Source: Dehalococcoidia bacterium
Lineage (GTDB): Bacteria; Chloroflexota; Dehalococcoidia; Bin125
DNA length: 64,000 bases
Direction: 5' to 3'
Assembly: GCA_963555985.3 (NCBI GenBank)
Contig: OY820591.1
Coordinates: forward strand, 256,001 to 320,000
Shown here: positions 58,840 to 64,000 of the stretch, one piece after another
Numbering within the stretch: the stretch's first letter is position 1
Layout: each line of letters begins with the position of its first letter
Position numbers and translations under genes: made by a program
Notes under the pieces: model-generated
What the model saw: the letters and a program-made list of their open reading frames with translations, nothing else
Database searches by the model: none
What the model was told of the DNA's origin: nothing

Positions 58840-60183
58840 CTATGCACGGACGGCTTCGTCGGTGAGCTCGAGCGCGCGGTCGACGACCGACAGCGCCCAG
58901 CGCAACTCTTCTTCGCTGATCGAGAGCGGCGGGTTGCCGAAGATGAAGTCGCCGCGCACGTTGACGAACATGCCCTCGTCGCGGAAGAACTGATCGACCC
59001 GTCGCGTGAGCTCGGGATCGACCGACATCAACGGCGCTTTGCTGCGGCGATCCGCTGTCAGCTCCAGCACCGTGAACAGCCCTCGTCCGCGCCCTTCGCC
59101 GACCGACGGGTGCCGCTCGGTCATGGCGGCGTATTCGGACTGGATGAGCTGGCCCATTCGGGCGGCGTTCTCGATTAGGTCGTCTTGCTCGTAGACGCTA
59201 ATGGTCGCCAGGGCGGCGGCGCAGCCGACGGCGTGGCTGCCGTAGGTGATCCCATGTCCGAGCGGGTGCTGCTCGAAGTGAGCTGCGATCTGGTCGCTGA
59301 CGATCACCGCACCGAGCGGCACGATCGCGCTGGTCAGGCCCTTGGCCATCGTCATGATGTCGGGCACGACGCCCTCGTGTTCGATCGCGAACCACTTGCC
59401 GGTTCGGCCGAAGCCCGCCATGACCTCATCGTCGATCAGCAGGATGCCGTAGCGATCGCAGAGCTCTCGTACGCCCTGGTACCAGCCTGCCGGCGGAACG
59501 ATGATCCCGTTGGTGCCGGTGATCGGCTCCAGGAGGAAGGCCGCGATCGTGTCGGGCCCCTCACGCTGGATTACGTCCTCGAGGTACTGCATGTAGGCGG
59601 GAACAAAGTCCTCCTGATCGACCGCCAACGGGCTGCGGTAGAGATATGGATCGAGAATCCGGACGACACCGGTCATGCCTTCCTCGGACGGCATTCGGCG
59701 GAAGTCGCCCGATGCGTACATGACGCCCTGGCTGCTGCCGTGATAGGAGCGGTAGCGGGTCATGATCTTGTGGCGGCCGGTGAAGAGGCGGGCAATCCGA
59801 ACCGCCGCCTCGTTCGCGTCGGCTCCGGCCAGGGTGATGTAGGACTTGTTCAGACCGGGCGGCGTGATCCGCGCCAGTTCGCGCCCCAGCGCGCCCCGCG
59901 CCTCGGTCGCGTGGGCCGGCACGACGTAGGGCAACTGCGAGACCTGCTCGTTGATCGCGCGGACGACCCGATCATCGGCGTGACCGATGTTGACGCACAT
60001 CGCCTGCGAGTTGAAATCGAGGTAGCGCTTGCCGTCGGCGTCCCAGAGGTAGTTTCCCTTGGCGCGCACGAACGGGATCGGGTTGATCTGTTCCTGCGTG
60101 CCCCACTCGTAGAGGGTGTACTCGCGGCAGAGATCGAGGATCTCTTCCGCGCTCGCGGCTGCGACCGCTTCGTTGGTGGTCAT
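58840..60183 (-). CDS. Class III aminotransferase (beta-alanine/taurine-pyruvate type)
   Basis: RYRSYHG, EPITGTNG, DEVMAGFGRTG and MAKGLTS (PLP lysine) motifs. Confidence 0.92.
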   Translation of the reverse strand: MTTNEAVAAASAEEILDLCREYTLYEWGTQEQINPIPFVRAKGNYLWDADGKRYLDFNSQAMCVNIGHADDRVVRAINEQVSQLPYVVPAHATEARGALGRELARITPPGLNKSYITLAGADANEAAVRIARLFTGRHKIMTRYRSYHGSSQGVMYASGDFRRMPSEEGMTGVVRILDPYLYRSPLAVDQEDFVPAYMQYLEDVIQREGPDTIAAFLLEPITGTNGIIVPPAGWYQGVRELCDRYGILLIDDEVMAGFGRTGKWFAIEHEGVVPDIMTMAKGLTSAIVPLGAVIVSDQIAAHFEQHPLGHGITYGSHAVGCAAALATISVYEQDDLIENAARMGQLIQSEYAAMTERHPSVGEGRGRGLFTVLELTADRRSKAPLMSVDPELTRRVDQFFRDEGMFVNVRGDFIFGNPPLSISEEELRWALSVVDRALELTDEAVRA

Positions 60184-60184
60184 G

Positions 60185-61621
60185 TCAGGCCGTCACGCTC
60201 TGGGGATGGTCGAGCACGTAGGGCGTCGATCGGCGAATGTACTGTCCGCGTCCCAGCGATCCCAGGAACTCCTCCCCGCTGACGATGATCTCGCCGCGCG
60301 AGATCACGGTGCTGGGGCGGCCGCTGACCTTCATCCCTTCGTAGAGGTTGTAGTCCACGCGCATGTGATGCGTCGCCGCTTCAATCGTGTAGTTCGCGTT
60401 CGGGTCCCAGACCACGATGTCGGCGTCTGCGCCGACGCCGATGATGCCCTTGCGTGGGTAGAGGCCGAAGAGCTTGGCCGGCATCGTGCAGTTGAGGTCG
60501 ACGAAGCGCATCATGTCGAAGCGGCCGCCCTGCACGCCGCCCTCGTACATCAGGTGCATCCGGTTCTCGACGCCGGGCACGCCGTTGGGGATGTAGCGGA
60601 AGTCGCCCTTGCCCATCGGTTTCTGCGGCGGCAGTTCGGCCAGATCGTCATTCATCCGGAAGGTGCAGTGGTCGGTGGCGATGACCGAAAGGGCGCCGGT
60701 CTCGATCCCGCGCCAGAGTTCGTCCTGGTTCGCCCGCTCCCGAATCGGCGGCGAGCAGATGTATTTGGCCGCCTCGAAGCCGGCATTCTCGTAGTCCTCG
60801 TAGGCCGCGAACAGGTACTGCGGGCAGGTCTCGGCCCAGACATTCTGTCCGCGGGCCTTCGCCGCTTCCACTTCCACCAGCGCGGTACGGCTGGAGAGAT
60901 GCACGATGTAGACGGCTGAGCCGGCCATCTCGGCCATGGCGATCCCGCGATGCGTCGCCTCGCCCTCAACGAGATGAGGGTGCGCGTGCATGTGCATGTG
61001 CTCCTGGAGCTTGCCTTGCTGGGTGAACTGCTCGGTGATCTGCTGGATCACGTGGCCGTTCTCGGCGTGCAGGGTGACAATCGCGTTCGTGTCGGCGGCG
61101 ACCTGCATGGCGCGGAAGATCGTCAGGTCGTCCACCATCATCGTGCCCGGGTAGGCCATGAGCAGCTTGAAGCTGGTCACGCCTTCGCCGGGCAGTGCGG
61201 CCAATTCTTCCAGGTATTCCTGCGAGGAGAGATTGGTCGCCATCAGGTGGAAGCCGTAGTCGATCACCGCCTGCGACTCGGCCTGTCGGCGTCGGTGCTC
61301 AATCGCTTCAATCGGCGACATCCCTTCGCGCTCCTGGCGCGCGAAGTCGACGACTGTGGTCGTGCCGCCAAAGGCGGCGGCCACCGTGCCCGATTCCCAG
61401 CTGTCGGCGGTGATGGTGCGGAACACGGTCTCGCCGAGGTGGGTATGCACGTCGATCCCGCCCGGGATGACGTACTGTCCCTCAGCCGGGACGACCGTAT
61501 CGGCGGCGACTTCGAGATCGGCTCCGATCTGCACGATCACGCCATCGTCCACAAAGACATCGGCGACGTACTGTTCGCTTGCGGTGGTGACGGTTCCGCC
61601 GGTAATCAGCACTGACGGCAT
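60185..61621 (-). CDS. hydA: Dihydropyrimidinase / D-hydantoinase
   Basis: PGGIDVHTH, GVTSFK, HAENG, ETCPQY, TDHC and IPNGVPGVE motifs. Confidence 0.95.
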   Translation of the reverse strand: MPSVLITGGTVTTASEQYVADVFVDDGVIVQIGADLEVAADTVVPAEGQYVIPGGIDVHTHLGETVFRTITADSWESGTVAAAFGGTTTVVDFARQEREGMSPIEAIEHRRRQAESQAVIDYGFHLMATNLSSQEYLEELAALPGEGVTSFKLLMAYPGTMMVDDLTIFRAMQVAADTNAIVTLHAENGHVIQQITEQFTQQGKLQEHMHMHAHPHLVEGEATHRGIAMAEMAGSAVYIVHLSSRTALVEVEAAKARGQNVWAETCPQYLFAAYEDYENAGFEAAKYICSPPIRERANQDELWRGIETGALSVIATDHCTFRMNDDLAELPPQKPMGKGDFRYIPNGVPGVENRMHLMYEGGVQGGRFDMMRFVDLNCTMPAKLFGLYPRKGIIGVGADADIVVWDPNANYTIEAATHHMRVDYNLYEGMKVSGRPSTVISRGEIIVSGEEFLGSLGRGQYIRRSTPYVLDHPQSVTA

Positions 61622-61649
61622 GCCATACCTCCTTCAGGCAGATTCGCGG

Positions 61650-62483
61650 TTAGGGCTTAGTCAGCGGGGCGTACATGTCCGGACGCCGGTCGCGGTAGAA
61701 GGGCCATTCGGCACGAGCTTCGGAGAGTTGGTCGAGGTCGAGGTCGGCCACGATCACCTCCTCTTCCTCGCCCGCCTCGGCCAGCACTGTGCCGCCGGGG
61801 TCGCAGAAGTAGCTGTGTCCGTAGAAGTGGACATCGGGCTTGAGCGCGGTACCGACGCGGTTGATCGTGCCTACGAAATAGCCGTTGGCGATCGCATGGA
61901 AGCGCTGTTCGACATCCCACAACTGGCGTGAGAACCCGGCCGTGGCAGCCGGGATAAACACGATCTCGGCACCGTTCAGCCCGAGTGCGCGCGCACCTTC
62001 AGGGAAATGCCGGTCGTAGCAGATGTAGACGCCGATCCGGCCGACGCTGGTGTCGAACGTGGGGTAACCGAGATTCCCGGGCCGGAAGTAGTACTTCTCC
62101 AGGAAGTTGTCGGAGTGTGGGATGTGCGTCTTGCGGTACTTGCCGAGGTAGGTCCCGTCGGAGTCGAGCACGGCGGCGGTGTTGTAGAGGAAGCCCGGCG
62201 CCTCGCGCTCGTACACGGGCACGATCAGCACCATCCCGGTCTCGCGGGCGACCTCCTGCATTCGCTGCACGGTCGGTCCGTCGGGTACGGGTTCGGCGAG
62301 GTCGTACCAGCGTTTGTCCTCTTCCTGGCAGAAGTAGGGACCGGTCGCCAGCTCTTGTAAGCAGGTGATTTGCGCGCCCTGTTCCGCGGCCTGGCGGAGG
62401 AGCTTGACTTGATGCTCGACCATCTTCTCCTTGGGCGTCATGCCTTCGGTTTGGATCAATGCAGCGCGTACGATGCGGCTCAT
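61650..62483 (-). CDS. Beta-ureidopropionase (carbon-nitrogen hydrolase family)
   Basis: CLQE, YRKTHIP, EKYYFRPGNLG and ICYDRHFPEG motifs. Confidence 0.9.
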   Translation of the reverse strand: MSRIVRAALIQTEGMTPKEKMVEHQVKLLRQAAEQGAQITCLQELATGPYFCQEEDKRWYDLAEPVPDGPTVQRMQEVARETGMVLIVPVYEREAPGFLYNTAAVLDSDGTYLGKYRKTHIPHSDNFLEKYYFRPGNLGYPTFDTSVGRIGVYICYDRHFPEGARALGLNGAEIVFIPAATAGFSRQLWDVEQRFHAIANGYFVGTINRVGTALKPDVHFYGHSYFCDPGGTVLAEAGEEEEVIVADLDLDQLSEARAEWPFYRDRRPDMYAPLTKP

Positions 62484-62540
62484 GGTTCACCGTTCCTGGT
62501 AGCGGAGCGGCAGCCATGATTGGCTACCGCTCCTGTCGCC

Positions 62541-63785
62541 TTAGCTGTCGTCGGGCAGCAGGTCTTCGACGTCGAGATCGAGCGGCGTGTAGTCGTTGCG
62601 GAAGCGGTCCGCGTCGGAGAAGCCTTCGAGTGCAGCCTCCACGAACTCATTCGTGTAGGCCGCGTCGAGGTCGGCGGCTTCGGAGATCACTTCGTACTCC
62701 AGCATGATCCCGGCGGTGCGCTCGGCCGACTCGCGGTCGATTACGCCCCAGCCCTTGGTTGAGGGCCACATCAGCTTGTTGATCTCGTTCATCATCCAGG
62801 TCTGGTGCGCGCGCGGCAGCGCGGGACCGTACTTGAGCACGATCTCGACGCAGGCCTCCGGGTCGTCGGCGCAGAGCGCCCATCCGCGAGCGGAGGCGCG
62901 CAGGAAGCGGGTGACGATGTCCTGGTTGTTCTCATCCGCGAGCCATTCGCCGCGAGCCAGGAGCGCATCCTCCAGCGTGTTGGTGTCGTGGTCTCCAAAG
63001 TCGACCACGTGGAAGTCGCTGACCGGGTTGCCGGCCGCAATCAACTGCGCGAACTCGTTGTAGATCATCGCCGAGGCGAGATCGACCTGGCGCTCCAGCA
63101 ATAGCTGCATGTCGAAGCCCTGGCCGACCAGTTCAACCTGGTCGGAGCCTGAACCCTCAGTCAGGCCGTACTTGTTGATCGTGGCTGAGACCATCTCATG
63201 TCCGGCCCACACTCCAAGCTTCTTGCCCGCCCAATCTTCTGGCGACGTGATCCCGTCGTCGGCCCAGGAAACGAGTCGGTAGCCGGAGCGCTCAAACACC
63301 TGCGCCACTGCGACCACATCGATTCCCTGATCACGAGCCGACAGTAGGACAGCGAACGGCTGCACAGCTAGTTCCGCCGCGCCGGCCGCTACCAACTGCA
63401 CGGGCAGGATGTCGGGGCCGCCCGGCTGAATCTCAACCTCAAGGCCCTCTTCCTCGTAGAAGCCGTTCTCAAGCGCGGCGTAGTAACCGGCGAACTGGGC
63501 CTGGACGACCCACTGAAGGACGATCTTGACCTTGTCGGGCTCGGCGGCTGGTTCAGGTTCGGGTTGCGGTTGTTCCTGCTGCTGGGCCTGCGGCTCGGGT
63601 TGAGCCTGTTGTTCCTGCTGCTGGGCCTGCGGTTCGGGTTGGGCCTGTTGCTCCTGTTGCTGAGCCTGCGCCGCCGCCGGCGCTGCTTGTTCTTCGTCGT
63701 CGCCGCAGGCCGCGAAGACGAGCGCAACGCCCAGGGCGAGCGCGGTGAGTAGAGCGGTCAGATAGGAAAGTCGTGGTCTCGGCAT
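62541..63785 (-). CDS. NMT1/THI5-like ABC substrate-binding lipoprotein with a Gln-rich tether
   Basis: FAACGDDEEQ lipobox; LQWVVQAQFAGYYAA, PGGPD and AMIYNE motifs. Confidence 0.92.
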   Translation of the reverse strand: MPRPRLSYLTALLTALALGVALVFAACGDDEEQAAPAAAQAQQQEQQAQPEPQAQQQEQQAQPEPQAQQQEQPQPEPEPAAEPDKVKIVLQWVVQAQFAGYYAALENGFYEEEGLEVEIQPGGPDILPVQLVAAGAAELAVQPFAVLLSARDQGIDVVAVAQVFERSGYRLVSWADDGITSPEDWAGKKLGVWAGHEMVSATINKYGLTEGSGSDQVELVGQGFDMQLLLERQVDLASAMIYNEFAQLIAAGNPVSDFHVVDFGDHDTNTLEDALLARGEWLADENNQDIVTRFLRASARGWALCADDPEACVEIVLKYGPALPRAHQTWMMNEINKLMWPSTKGWGVIDRESAERTAGIMLEYEVISEAADLDAAYTNEFVEAALEGFSDADRFRNDYTPLDLDVEDLLPDDS

Positions 63786-64000
63786 TCGTTCCCGCTTTCT
63801 GGATTCAGGCTTGGCCTCCGGTGACGCCAGACGCCCCCAAGCTCTTGAGCGGCTGTGGCGGTGAGGCTAGATCGCTCGTGCAGTATTCTCAAGCGGACAG
63901 GCGTCCGTTGGACAAGTCCGCGTTGCAATCCAGGCCAGAGATCGCAAGAGTCGAGCCGGGTCGTCGCTCACCCGCCTGCTCCTTGACGGTGTGAGGACTG

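Noticed and set aside
63786-64000. Riboswitch upstream of the NMT1/THI5-like gene
   Set aside because: No TPP or purine riboswitch consensus is recognisable by eye; an Rfam/Infernal scan would be needed.

Overview
High-GC bacterial chromosome segment. Gene content (many LLM oxidoreductases, CoA transferase, amidohydrolase_2, paired ferritin-like genes, lipoproteins starting ACGDDDE) suggests Chloroflexota/Dehalococcoidia (SAR202- or Tepidiformales-like); this is inference. About 60 CDS were called by motif recognition only, without database searches. They include a complete pho locus (phoB-phoR-pstSCAB-phoU) with 11-bp-period Pho-box-like repeats, a split branched-chain-type ABC/LLM/lactonase catabolic region, and a reductive pyrimidine-degradation operon in which an LLM enzyme stands where the dihydropyrimidine dehydrogenase is expected. 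There are also two restriction-modification loci (a small MTase plus PD-(D/E)XK pair, and an MmeI-like type IIL), an active/degenerate ferritin-like diiron pair, and an IS30 element. The most striking non-gene signal is a dense, layered set of short palindromic repeats. It comprises CGTC-tagged dRS3-like hairpins, a CCCCCTCTG...GGGGGAGA double hairpin, and a third small CAGGCT-tailed hairpin nested inside both. These repeats are the IS30 target, are translated in frame inside at least two proteins, and surround orphan genes that carry LexA-like boxes. No rRNA, tRNA or CRISPR array was found.
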